Assembly (NCBI GenBank): GCA_964558675.1
Contig: CAZLEY010000006.1
Span: forward strand, 15,043 to 79,042
DNA length: 64,000 nt
Reading direction: 5' to 3'
DNA from: an uncultured Dehalococcoidaceae bacterium
Lineage (GTDB): Bacteria > Chloroflexota > Dehalococcoidia > Dehalococcoidales > RBG-16-60-22
Both the position numbers and the translations under genes were made by a program. Below, in pieces: positions 8,552 to 17,720 of the stretch (position 1 is the first letter of the stretch; every line of letters begins with the position of its first letter). The notes below the pieces were generated by a model. That model was not told where the DNA came from. It did not search any database and worked only from the letters and a program-made list of their open reading frames with translations.

Positions 8552-10018
8552 TTAAAAGCACAGTTTCCCCGGATTCATAATATTGCCGGGGTCTAATATA
8601 GACTTAACCTTTTTCAAGGCGGCAACGGTGGCGGCATCTCTATTAATAATGGTCCTGGCACTGGTGCCATAAGGCCTCGAGAAGAACGCCCCTTTAGCCA
8701 TCAAGCTCGTGACAACCTGTTCAGAGAGCTCCTTGACCCGGTCAGACTCGCTCTGGTTTTCGGGGTCATAAAACAGGTTGAACTCGCAGTGGCAGTTGGT
8801 ACCCTGCACAATCGGCTGGAGGTAAATACCCATTTCTGAAGTCGGGTAGCCGATTTCACGAGCCTCATCATACATGGTGTCGAGCAGGCCGGGCAAATTA
8901 TCATAGATGGTTATAAAGAATATGTCATGGCAGGCCCCTTTATGGCGGAGCTTCCAGTAAGGCTCCCTGGAGGGGTGTTTGACTGTTTCCAACAACTCAT
9001 AAGCCGATACATCACCGACGGCCTGTGCCGGTTCCAGTCCCACCCGCTGGGCTATCTCCATCATGTCTTTTATCTGGCCTCTCACTCTCTCCTCCGCGAA
9101 ATATTCGTAGCCGGCGATATTGAAGAAAAGTACCCAGGGAGGCAGCGCATTTTTAAGCTCCCGGTAGTCATGGGGCCATTTCTTCGCCATGATAGCGGCA
9201 AGATTGGAACCATTGAGAACAAAGCACTCGTTTACCAGTCTCAGCCTTATCAGCCAGTGAACCATTTCCAGTATTTTATCGAGCTGTGAGGAACCGACCA
9301 GAAAGGGCTCTTCAAGTCCGGGGATGAGCTCACATCTCACCGATGCCCACGTTACGATACCCATCGTTCCCTGGGCTCCCTGAATAATCCTGTACCAGGA
9401 AGCAGCCGAAGGCCCGGCAGCTTCTTTCTGCGCGCCCCCGGCAGCCCACTGCTCTTCTATGGTGCCCGGCCCGGCGGCGGCCCCGGTGCGGAACATATCG
9501 CCGGTGCCGAAAATAACCTCAACGCAGCTTAAAGGGTCGGCTATATCCCAGTGGTACTTGGGCATTACTACGGGCTCCCTTTCAAGCAGGCTGCCCGCAA
9601 CGGATTTTAACTTTCGTGGCAGTAGCGGCAGGTTGAGCCTGAGTCCCTCCCTGGCTACCGCCGGTATCAGTTCTCCAAAGGTTACACCCGGCTCAAACAT
9701 AGCCACCCGGTTTTGCCGGTCAACCCTGATAATTTTTTTCATGCCGCTTAAGTCTACGATGACGGCACCTCCGATACCGGGAACAGTATCGCCCCTGAAG
9801 TGTGGAGGGCCTGAGCTTACCGGTACAAGCGGCGTCTGAGTCTCGTTGGCAAGCTTGACCAGCTTCTCTATATCCGCCATCTTTTTCGGCCTTATTACGC
9901 ATTCCGGCCTGACCGCATTAACGAAACTCATATCCCTGGAATATTCTTCCAGCGTCGCCTGTTTGCGGTTGATACTGCCAGCACCGACTATTTTTACCAG
10001 CCTATCTTCTGCAATCAT
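8552..10018 (-). CDS. FAD-binding oxidoreductase subunit (GlcD/GlcE-like)
   Basis: 488 aa. FAD_binding_4-like N-terminus (VIRPKKMADIEKLVKLANETQTPLVPVSSG...IVDLSGMKKIIRVDRQNRVAMFEPGVTFGEL). AAGGAGG SD. First gene of the trio. Confidence 0.7.
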   Translation of the reverse strand: MIAEDRLVKIVGAGSINRKQATLEEYSRDMSFVNAVRPECVIRPKKMADIEKLVKLANETQTPLVPVSSGPPHFRGDTVPGIGGAVIVDLSGMKKIIRVDRQNRVAMFEPGVTFGELIPAVAREGLRLNLPLLPRKLKSVAGSLLEREPVVMPKYHWDIADPLSCVEVIFGTGDMFRTGAAAGPGTIEEQWAAGGAQKEAAGPSAASWYRIIQGAQGTMGIVTWASVRCELIPGLEEPFLVGSSQLDKILEMVHWLIRLRLVNECFVLNGSNLAAIMAKKWPHDYRELKNALPPWVLFFNIAGYEYFAEERVRGQIKDMMEIAQRVGLEPAQAVGDVSAYELLETVKHPSREPYWKLRHKGACHDIFFITIYDNLPGLLDTMYDEAREIGYPTSEMGIYLQPIVQGTNCHCEFNLFYDPENQSESDRVKELSEQVVTSLMAKGAFFSRPYGTSARTIINRDAATVAALKKVKSILDPGNIMNPGKLCF

Positions 10019-10319
10019 TATTGCCTCCTTTCGCTGTCCTAGCTATTATGTAGTTATATTATTCGGCTGTCAATCGCCAGGCACATGACTTTATGGAGAA
10101 AATTAGAGAAAATTCCAGCTTATTATACATCACCGCATCGATGCGGCTGTACATCAGCATCACACTGTTTTTCAGAATAAGCTAAATAAGCTACAACAAC
10201 TAGAGCACAGTATACAATAATTCCTGGATGGAGGTTTCGTTATATCATTTGAAGCTATTTTCATGGACTAACAGGGACAGGATGAGCTTTTCTACCTGGA
10301 ATCAACTATAATTATAAAG

Positions 10320-10448
10320 ATGACCGGTCAGATGGAGAAGTGGCAGCAAGGTGATATAAGTGCCTTTGAAAAGCTGCTCCGGCAATATGAAAAGCTGGTC
10401 TATAGAACGGCTTACCTCGAAAAAGGTAGCCTGTTCCATAGGCACTGA
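10320..10448 (+). pseudogene. Remnant of an ECF (sigma-70 family) sigma factor, N-terminal ~33 residues only
   Basis: The 42-codon ORF MTGQMEKWQQGDISAFEKLLRQYEKLVYRTAYLEKGSLFHRH* matches the canonical ECF region-2 opening (qGD..AFe.L...Y...vyr.Ay). It then diverges and stops, and no region 2.4/4 follows. Confidence 0.5.
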
Positions 10449-10471
10449 TTAGGCAAAGAGGGATAACTGGA

Positions 10472-11698
10472 ATGAATATACTAGCTCACAAATGGCTACT
10501 CCCTGTCCTAATTACACTGGTGGCAGTAATTATCCTGGTAGCTGTACTGGCAACGCGGTCACCGGATACCTCCCCCACCCTGGAAGAACTGACCGCCATG
10601 GCGGAAACCCTGGGGACCTCAGAGGTACAGTCCTACCGCGCCACATGGTCGGCCACCAGCAATAACTCGGGAATAATCACGGCATCTTCTCAGGAGACCG
10701 CATTTTCCGCGCCCGACCGGTATTATCTCAAGACGACGGAAGGTAAAGACATTAGCGAGTTCATCGTCATTGGCGATACGCAGTATGTTAAAAGCGGCGG
10801 ATTTTCACCAACGCAGATGGTTGCCTTTACAATGTCGGCATCCCGCATTCTTAGTACAGCATCCAGTCTGAGTTTAATCGGCTCTCTGGCCGAACCGGAA
10901 GCGTTACCCCGTGAGAAGATTGAAGGCGTGGACTGCCTGCATTACCGTGGCCCCTACGATATGGAGCGTCAGTGGGAGGAAATGACATCGACACTGGACC
11001 CATCACAGCCGGGATACGAGGAAAGACTTGAGATGCTGGAGCATGAGCTGGAGACAATGCGCCAGACAACTATCAATTACGAGCTCTGGATAGGCAGGGA
11101 TGACCTTTTACTCCGGCGGATGGAGCATTCCGGGCAGGTGCCATCGGAAGATACCGGGCAATGGGTTAGCATAAATTCGACGGCAAAATTCTACGACATC
11201 AACGAGCCGGTCATTATCGAGCCGCCCCTTGATGCCTCCGGCGGGCCGCTGCCCGGCTGGCAACTAGCTGAGGACTATACCCCCGGTATCAGCTTTACCG
11301 GCAAACTGGACTACGAAATAACCGGCGAAGACCTGGCGCACCGGCAGGTGAACCTCAAATTTACCGTCACCAATGTCGGCACGGAGATGGCTACAAACGT
11401 GCAGGTAGCTTTGCATAGAATCATCACGCCAGATTATGAGGAAGCCGAGTCATGGATAAACACGGAGCCATCAGTGCCCGGCCAGGTCGACCTGAAGCCG
11501 AGGGAGAGCGAGACCTTCACCGGTAATTACGAATGCAATACCAGTCGCTTCGCCGAAGAAAAATTTATAGAACTAGTTGGCATGACCAGGGCGAGAATCA
11601 CGTATACCACGCCCGCCGGTCATGAAGACGTAGAGTTCATCTCCGGTGGAGCACCTTACCCCAAGGCGGTACCACCCGAGCCACCACCGACCGATTAA
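10472..11698 (+). CDS. Membrane-anchored extracytoplasmic protein, unknown function
   Basis: 408 aa. One N-terminal TM helix (WLLPVLITLVAVIILVAVLA). The middle region resembles LolA/DUF4367-type anti-sigma ectodomains (PDRYYLKTTEGKDISEFIVIGDTQYV). The C-terminal part is CARDB-like (NLKFTVTNVGTEMATNVQVAL). It sits where an anti-sigma factor would be but has no cytoplasmic anti-sigma domain. Confidence 0.5.
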   Translation: MNILAHKWLLPVLITLVAVIILVAVLATRSPDTSPTLEELTAMAETLGTSEVQSYRATWSATSNNSGIITASSQETAFSAPDRYYLKTTEGKDISEFIVIGDTQYVKSGGFSPTQMVAFTMSASRILSTASSLSLIGSLAEPEALPREKIEGVDCLHYRGPYDMERQWEEMTSTLDPSQPGYEERLEMLEHELETMRQTTINYELWIGRDDLLLRRMEHSGQVPSEDTGQWVSINSTAKFYDINEPVIIEPPLDASGGPLPGWQLAEDYTPGISFTGKLDYEITGEDLAHRQVNLKFTVTNVGTEMATNVQVALHRIITPDYEEAESWINTEPSVPGQVDLKPRESETFTGNYECNTSRFAEEKFIELVGMTRARITYTTPAGHEDVEFISGGAPYPKAVPPEPPPTD

Positions 11699-11716
11699 TT
11701 AAAGAAACGTTCACTT

Positions 11717-11737
11717 AAATCAAGCTTGATTTTATCC
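11717..11737 (+). terminator. Weak AT-rich palindrome/terminator candidate after 10472-11698
   Basis: Perfect 16-bp palindrome AAATCAAGCTTGATTT (11717-11732) followed by TAT, 19 nt after the stop codon. The stem is AT-rich, so it could equally be an operator. Confidence 0.3.
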
Positions 11738-11889
11738 GGTCTATAATGTAAGTTATACGCAAAGCAAGTCTAACAACGTTTCATGGCTACAATCACTCAC
11801 CGTAAGCCAGAATACAATTTGCATTGCTCATTTATGCGGACCCGGAGCGTGCCGTTAATAAGCCACGGTAAAGAAGGAGAGCATATTCA

Positions 11890-12906
11890 GTGGAATCACT
11901 CAACGTGCTGGTCATCACTCCTGCTTTCGATAAATCCCTGCCGGTAGCCGATGAAGAAAATCTTCGGCGGATTGCTCTCGTCAGCCCGGTGATAAATGTC
12001 AGGGATGCTTCGGCTCTGGCCCACGCCGAATTCCACGGAGACACGGTTGCCAAAGAAGAACTCGACGCACTGTTAGCTGAGGCTGAAGTTATATATGGGC
12101 TTATCCTTCCTCAGGATATCGTGGTACGGGCGCCCAGAATGAAATGGTTTCAGACGATGTCCGCCGGAGTAGACCGCTTTGCCCAGACGGATATCTGGCA
12201 GAGCCCGGTGATAATAACCGGCGTCAGCGGCATCCATGCCACACCAATCGGCGAATTTGTACTGGAGTTCATGCTCATGTTTGCCAAACAGGCACCGTTA
12301 TGCTTCCAGATGAAACAAAAACACGAGTGGAAACGGTTCATGCCGTCCGTATTACGTTCAAAGACAGTGGGCATTGTGGGGTTGGGCAGTATCGGACGGG
12401 AGGTGGCAAGATTATCCAAAGCGTTTGGCATGAGAGTGATAGCCACCCGTCGGTCAGTAAAACAGGTAACGCGGCCCAGACATGTGGATATGCTGTTCCC
12501 CCCGGAGGAGCTAAAGCAATTGCTCGCAGAAAGCGACTACGTTGTAATCTCCACGCCACTTACGCCAGAAACGAGGGGACTGATTGGGGAAGAAGAACTC
12601 AAGGCCATGAAACCTACCGCCTGTATCATCAATATCGGCAGGGGTGGTATTATTGATGAAAAGGCACTGATATGCGCTCTCGATGAAAACCGGATTGCCG
12701 GGGCGGGTCTGGATGTCTTCGCCACCGAACCCCTCCCCGCAGACAGCCTCCTGTGGGAACTCGACAATGTAATATTCAGTCCACACGTTGCCGGTGGCAT
12801 GGAAGACTACATGGCGCGAGCCACCGAGATATTCTGCGAAAACCTGAGACGTTATCTGAACGGTAAGAAACTCATTAACGTTATAGACAAGAAGAAAGGT
12901 TACTAG
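11890..12906 (+). CDS. D-isomer-specific 2-hydroxyacid dehydrogenase family protein (NAD-binding)
   Basis: GIVGLGSIGREVARLSKAFGMRVIATRR (GxGxxG + D/R), NIGRGGIIDEKAL, DVFATEPLP, SPHVAG. GTG start 9 nt after an AAGGAGA SD. Confidence 0.8.
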   Translation: MESLNVLVITPAFDKSLPVADEENLRRIALVSPVINVRDASALAHAEFHGDTVAKEELDALLAEAEVIYGLILPQDIVVRAPRMKWFQTMSAGVDRFAQTDIWQSPVIITGVSGIHATPIGEFVLEFMLMFAKQAPLCFQMKQKHEWKRFMPSVLRSKTVGIVGLGSIGREVARLSKAFGMRVIATRRSVKQVTRPRHVDMLFPPEELKQLLAESDYVVISTPLTPETRGLIGEEELKAMKPTACIINIGRGGIIDEKALICALDENRIAGAGLDVFATEPLPADSLLWELDNVIFSPHVAGGMEDYMARATEIFCENLRRYLNGKKLINVIDKKKGY

Positions 12907-12973
12907 AGAACTAACCGGCGTAAAAAATTAAGCAGGCAGCGGGACCGCCTGCTCATGGGAAAGGAGATAAAAA

Positions 12974-13627
12974 ATGCCAATGACATTGGAACAACTGGAA
13001 AACGAAGTCATGCGCCTGAAAGCACAGGTAGCCGAGAGCGCCTGGGCTAAAGACTACCTGGAGATATGGAAACTGCAGTCACTTTATGCGCATCTATACC
13101 ACATCGGCAAGAGAGCGGAGGTTCCGTTACTCTTTGCCCAAAAAACACCAGGCGTAACTATGGAGATAGAAGACAGCGGCGTATATGAAGGCATTGAAAG
13201 CATCACGAGGTTCTGGAATACGGTATTCAGCGAGAAGAAACACATGACGGCTGGTTTCCTCGCCTTGCATATGACCGTGAATCCTATCATTGAGATTAAC
13301 AGGGAAGGGACAATGGCCAAAGGCATCTGGCATTCTCACGGGTACGCGTCTATGGGAGCAGGCGGGCCTCTCACCCAGTTCCTGTGCCTGGGTAAATATG
13401 ATATGGAGTACGTTAAAGAAGACGGTCATTGGAAATTCTTTAGGTTCGCCTACCGGCTTACCTTCATGTGTCCTTATGAAAAAGGCTGGGTAGAAGAACC
13501 TGTTGGGGGGAGTATAGCCGGTTCCCCGGAAAATAATCCCGATAAACCCACCACCTATCACATGCCTTACAGCCGGCACAGGATAAACGTGATGCAGCCC
13601 CCGCCCCCGGAGCCTTATAAAGATTAG
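12974..13627 (+). CDS. SnoaL-like / NTF2-fold family protein (function unknown)
   Basis: 217 aa. An N-terminal coiled segment (LEQLENEVMRLKAQV) is followed by a W.LQSLYAHLYH pattern, as in SnoaL_4-type proteins. AAGGAG SD. Confidence 0.45.
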   Translation: MPMTLEQLENEVMRLKAQVAESAWAKDYLEIWKLQSLYAHLYHIGKRAEVPLLFAQKTPGVTMEIEDSGVYEGIESITRFWNTVFSEKKHMTAGFLALHMTVNPIIEINREGTMAKGIWHSHGYASMGAGGPLTQFLCLGKYDMEYVKEDGHWKFFRFAYRLTFMCPYEKGWVEEPVGGSIAGSPENNPDKPTTYHMPYSRHRINVMQPPPPEPYKD

Positions 13628-13671
13628 GCATATGCTGCTGGAGTGTAATAAAAGTGCAAGCAACGGAAAGG

Positions 13672-14955
13672 CTAGAGTTCAGTCCCCAGCTTCTGGGTCG
13701 GCCTCAGCATGGTAATTAATACGAGACCGCAGAGACTAAAGGCCGCGCATATCAGAATAGCCAGCTGATAGCTGTTAGTTAAGTCAAAAATATAACCCGT
13801 CACGAAAGGACCGACGGCACCTCCGGCTGTAAAGCCAAGGCCAATAACCCCGTATATCAAGCCATGGGAACTCAGCCCAAAAAGACGGGCAATCAGAGGT
13901 GACTCTGACGTTCCCATACCCCCGAGAGCGAGGCCAAAGACAATAGCAAAAAGGTACAGAACCCACAGCTCTCCGGCAGGCACCAGCCACAACAAAGATG
14001 CAATCATCAGGACAAAGCCGATAATCATAACTTTCTTGTTGCCTATTCTGTCGCCGATGATGCCACCCAGCAGGAAATTGCCGATAACACCTATTCCGCC
14101 ATTAACAGCCAGAACATTGGCGGCGCTGATGTCGGCGATTCCCAGATCTATGGCATGTGGCACGATATGCACCGTGATAGCGAAGATTGCATATCCGAAG
14201 CAGAAGAATATGATGGTCGTCATCCAGAACTGAGCGGTATGAACCGCTTCTTTGAGGGAGAAGTCACTGGACTGGGATGTCAATACCCGCGGTTTTCCCT
14301 CCTTTTCACCGTCAGGCAATTGCCCTGTTCCACCCGGGTCCCGCCTTAAAAACTGAGCAAACAGAAGAATAGAAACCAAAACCACACCGCCCAGTATGAG
14401 ATAGGAATTACGCCAATCATAAGCGGATATCAGCCGGCTGATTAACGGTGGAGCAATCAACTGGCCTATCGTCAATCCGCATATGACGATGCCTGTCATC
14501 AGGCTTCTTCTGCCGACGAACCACCTGGCCACAGATGATAACAGAGGGATCCAGAGGCCGCTCATGCCGATACCTAGTATGAAGCCGTAGAAAAGGTATA
14601 ACTGCCAGACAGAATTGACCTGAGACATCAACAAATAACCCAGACCTAAAAAGAAGCCACAGAACGTCACCACTATCCGGGGCCCGAATCTATCGTTGAG
14701 ACCACCCATGGCAATGCCCAGTACACCATGAAAAATCGTGCAAAACGAGAAAGCGCCCGAGATTACGGCTCTACTCCAGCCAAATTCATCAATGAGTGGA
14801 TTGAAGAAAACACCAAAGACAATAAATAGACCCCACGATACCAGCATAATGATGAAGGCAGATGCAACCACGATATACCCGTAAAAAAACCGCGGCGCTT
14901 TACTATGAGGTTGGTGGATTCTATTACTGGTCACGATAAACCGGTTCCTGGGCAA
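13672..14955 (-). CDS. MFS transporter (oxalate/formate-antiporter-like)
   Basis: 427 aa with about 12 hydrophobic helices and a GLNDRFGPR-type loop between TM2 and TM3. The TTG start at 14955 is uncertain. Confidence 0.7.
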   Translation of the reverse strand: MPRNRFIVTSNRIHQPHSKAPRFFYGYIVVASAFIIMLVSWGLFIVFGVFFNPLIDEFGWSRAVISGAFSFCTIFHGVLGIAMGGLNDRFGPRIVVTFCGFFLGLGYLLMSQVNSVWQLYLFYGFILGIGMSGLWIPLLSSVARWFVGRRSLMTGIVICGLTIGQLIAPPLISRLISAYDWRNSYLILGGVVLVSILLFAQFLRRDPGGTGQLPDGEKEGKPRVLTSQSSDFSLKEAVHTAQFWMTTIIFFCFGYAIFAITVHIVPHAIDLGIADISAANVLAVNGGIGVIGNFLLGGIIGDRIGNKKVMIIGFVLMIASLLWLVPAGELWVLYLFAIVFGLALGGMGTSESPLIARLFGLSSHGLIYGVIGLGFTAGGAVGPFVTGYIFDLTNSYQLAILICAAFSLCGLVLITMLRPTQKLGTEL

Positions 14956-15096
14956 CTCTTCCTTTCAGAATATGCTTATTATAACATAAGAAGCAGGAAA
15001 CACAGCAGCCAAGACTGAGGTTGAGTATATAGTGTTGCGTTAGAGGAATGCTAGGGGATATTTATGGACTGATACAGACGATTAAGCGGACTACTA

Positions 15097-15453
15097 TCAG
15101 GGAGATGTTTGTGTTACGGTGCCATTAGCGGTAAATGTATACATGCATCCTGACTTTATCCACCCCCCATTCAGGCTCAGATAGTCCGTTAGCACCAGCG
15201 ACGGCGTATCGTTAGTCTGAACCTGGCTCATGTCCGCCGTAGGACCAACCGGCTTTAAAGCTCCGTTAAGGCTATCGGATAACATCTCTACCACGGCCGT
15301 CTGGATATTATGAAGTTCAGAATCGTAGGATTCAATCTTACCTTCATTAACCAGCTTACCGATATTGGGGATAGCTACCGCGGAGAGACTACTCAACATA
15401 GCCACAACCACCAAAGCCTCGAGAAAATAGCCTATTCCTTGCCTGTTTTGCAT
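15097..15453 (-). CDS. Pilin-like protein with atypical prepilin leader
   Basis: MQNRQGIGYFLEALVVVAMLSSLSAVAIPNIGKLVNEGKIESYDSELHNIQTAVVEML parallels the major pilin at 18256 (..LPNVTGLAGEGQTEAAKAELVTVQTAMDTMM). However, the Glu sits at +4 or +6 from either candidate Gly cleavage site instead of +5. Confidence 0.55.
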   Translation of the reverse strand: MQNRQGIGYFLEALVVVAMLSSLSAVAIPNIGKLVNEGKIESYDSELHNIQTAVVEMLSDSLNGALKPVGPTADMSQVQTNDTPSLVLTDYLSLNGGWIKSGCMYTFTANGTVTQTSP

Positions 15454-15651
15454 ATTCCCGCCGTTCTGTACATTTAACGCAGTATGGTACTATTGTACTA
15501 GTCACTCTTACTACGCACATCTATACAAACAACTATTTTCACTAAGGGATATCCCCGAATTGATTTCAGAATGGGAGTGAACCCTTAAAAGAAATAGTGG
15601 TTTTTCTACTTTCCAGGCGTGTACAGGTATATTAAAGTTAATTTCGTAACG

Positions 15652-16038
15652 ATGGCAAAGAAAGCGCTGCTCATAGATAATACTGTATCACCCGTGACCA
15701 GCTCTCGGCTGTTAACCGGCGAGGGCTATAACATTGATACGGTGTATGATATTGATACAGGCCTGCAACGTTTGGATAACCGGGTCTATAACGTTATTAT
15801 CATAAAGGCAGGCCCCGAAGCTGAGAGCTGGCAGCTCTGTGAGGAAATCAGGCGTCTATCCGGTATACCTCTTATTGTCATAAGTATAAACGCCAGCGCG
15901 GATGCCTGCGTAAAGGCAATCAACGCTGGCGCCGATTATTTTCTGAGAAAGCCTCTCGGGCCACTGGAGTTTAGAGCCAGGGTAAATTCGCTCATTCAAC
16001 GCACATCACAAAAGCCACCGGTACCTGCCGTCGCCTAG
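15652..16038 (+). CDS. Receiver-like (pseudo-receiver) domain protein lacking the phospho-acceptor Asp
   Basis: Aligns along its length with the receiver protein at 38470 (IPLIVIS.., GADYFLRKPL..EF.ARV). The acidic pair is DN, and the phospho-acceptor position reads VIIIKAG (Lys instead of Asp). Start placed at ATG 15652 (MAKKALLID); the track start is GTG 15619. Confidence 0.6.
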   Translation: MAKKALLIDNTVSPVTSSRLLTGEGYNIDTVYDIDTGLQRLDNRVYNVIIIKAGPEAESWQLCEEIRRLSGIPLIVISINASADACVKAINAGADYFLRKPLGPLEFRARVNSLIQRTSQKPPVPAVA

Positions 16039-16292
16039 CGCCTTAACCAGCACAATTCACAGATACCACGGACTGCATTCCCGCATCATCCATCATTTAA
16101 CAGAGCTTGCTTAATTGCATTAACTCTGCTATTTTGAGGATGTTCGGGGATATAGCCAGCCTTCCGGAATAGCTGCCGAATCTTACTGTTAATAATCTGG
16201 TCTACTATTGACGAAGCCGCCAGTAGCCTGTTCAAGCTGATTGAACATACGAGAGAACCGGCTGCCCCGATTAAGAACTATTATTTGTCAAC

Positions 16293-16931
16293 ATGGTTGT
16301 CACGTTGATTATCAAAAAACTGGTGGTAGGGTCACTTTCAGCTAACTGCTACGTCGTCGGCTCGGAGGCTACGGGAGAAGGCATGGTAATCGACCCCGGA
16401 GGCAATGCCCAAGACATTGTTAATGCTATTATTGATTCGGGGCTTGATATCAAGATTATTGTGCTTACCCATGGTCACTCCGACCATATCGCTGCCTTAT
16501 ACGATATCCAGGACAGGACCGGTGCCGAGGTAGCCATTCACGCTGAAGACGCCGACTTCCTTCATGGCCGGGGTTCTTTCAGTACCATGTTCGGTATTTC
16601 CTATAAAACCCCCGAGCCGCCCGACAGGCTGCTCCGTGAAGGAGATGTGATAGACATAGGCAGTCTGCAGTTTTCGGTACTGCATACACCGGGTCATACC
16701 CCCGGCAGTATTTGCCTCCTTACTGGCGATAAGGTGTTTACCGGAGACACTCTTTTTTATCGCGGCATCGGTACCACCCTGATGCCCGGCAGCAGCCGCC
16801 GCCAGCTCATAGACAGTATCCATGCCAAGCTGATGGTGCTACCGGACAGCACCATCATATATCCCGGGCACGGTAGAGAGACTACTATCGGCGCCGAGCG
16901 TAAGAACAATCCGTACGTACGCGGCTGGTAG
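16293..16931 (+). CDS. MBL-fold metallo-hydrolase (glyoxalase II-like)
   Basis: LTHGHSDHI metal motif, ANCYVV N-terminus, HTPGHTPGS. 212 aa. Confidence 0.8.
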   Translation: MVVTLIIKKLVVGSLSANCYVVGSEATGEGMVIDPGGNAQDIVNAIIDSGLDIKIIVLTHGHSDHIAALYDIQDRTGAEVAIHAEDADFLHGRGSFSTMFGISYKTPEPPDRLLREGDVIDIGSLQFSVLHTPGHTPGSICLLTGDKVFTGDTLFYRGIGTTLMPGSSRRQLIDSIHAKLMVLPDSTIIYPGHGRETTIGAERKNNPYVRGW

Positions 16932-17318
16932 CTCTGACCAGTAAACCATAACTGTTCATTTAACCCCCCACCGTATAACCTTTCCACAGCACTATTTACT
17001 ACATATCCTATCAACCGTACAAGTCCATTTCTATTCGGCCTGCCCGGCGAACCAACGTCGGTAAGGCGGCTGCCATATGGATACTATCACGCACCGATTC
17101 TCTCTTCCGGGCACATATTGAAGTGTGACTTTTTTGTTAGAGTTCGCCCACAATTTGTGATTTGCCTGTAACCGAACAGGACTAGAGTAACCCCAGAGCA
17201 TCCGTTAATTCAATTAATCATGTAAACAACGTAATGAACCTGAGGGAATATAAATAAGGGAACCCAACACACCAGTGCAGGTAAGGATCGAGCGCCAGTA
17301 CATCCAGGGAGGTGCAAA

Positions 17319-17534
17319 TTGAAAGCAAGATTTGAAATACCATACCCGGAATATCTCACGACCGGTGCTGTTGCCAGGCACTGTGGGGTAAGCAAAGTAA
17401 CAGTACTGCGATGGATTGAAAAAGGCAATCTGACAGCTTTCAGGCTTCCCGGAGGCCAAAACCGAATACACCGGGACGATTTCTACACTTTTGCGGCCAA
17501 GCATAGCATACCTATTAGAAGAACTCATAATTAA
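17319..17534 (+). CDS. Small helix-turn-helix DNA-binding protein (excisionase/MerR-superfamily type)
   Basis: 71 aa. LTTGAVARHCGVSKVTVLRWIEKGNLTAFRLPGGQNRIHRDDF. TTG start 4 nt after a GGGAGGTG SD. Paralogue of 17882-18106. Confidence 0.7.
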   Translation: MKARFEIPYPEYLTTGAVARHCGVSKVTVLRWIEKGNLTAFRLPGGQNRIHRDDFYTFAAKHSIPIRRTHN

Positions 17535-17720
17535 TGTCAACCGGCATTACCGCTGCCAATCAGCTTCTGGCTTGTCCCTGGAGTAATCATCTGGCGTTTA
17601 GTTATTAATAAAGTCTCCCGGAACCATCCACCTGCCTGCCAAACCTCTTATACCGCTAACAAAATTCCCGGCATTATTATTTTTCATTTCCATGAAAGCG
17701 CATTTAGCCAAACACCGCTT

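Noticed and set aside
10132-10145. Perfect 14-bp palindrome CCGCATCGATGCGG in the intergenic region upstream of the FAD/Fe-S operon
   Set aside because: It is short and isolated, with no second copy or T-tract. It could be an operator but cannot be supported from sequence alone.
12144-13663. Overlapping ORFs 12144-12656 (+, 170 aa), 12150-12446 (-), 12511-12786 (-) and 13127-13663 (-, 178 aa)
   Set aside because: They are out of frame with or antisense to the 2-hydroxyacid dehydrogenase and the SnoaL-like gene, both of which have strong motifs and SD sites. Their composition is Arg/Pro/Gly-rich and atypical.
16100-16292. Minus-strand open frame ending ...LNRLLAASSIVDQIINSKIRQLFRKAGYIPEHPQNSRVNAIKQALLNDG*
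   Set aside because: It reads protein-like, but only a TTG could start it (~48 codons), there is no SD, and an in-frame stop lies just upstream. It may be a gene remnant, but the evidence is insufficient.
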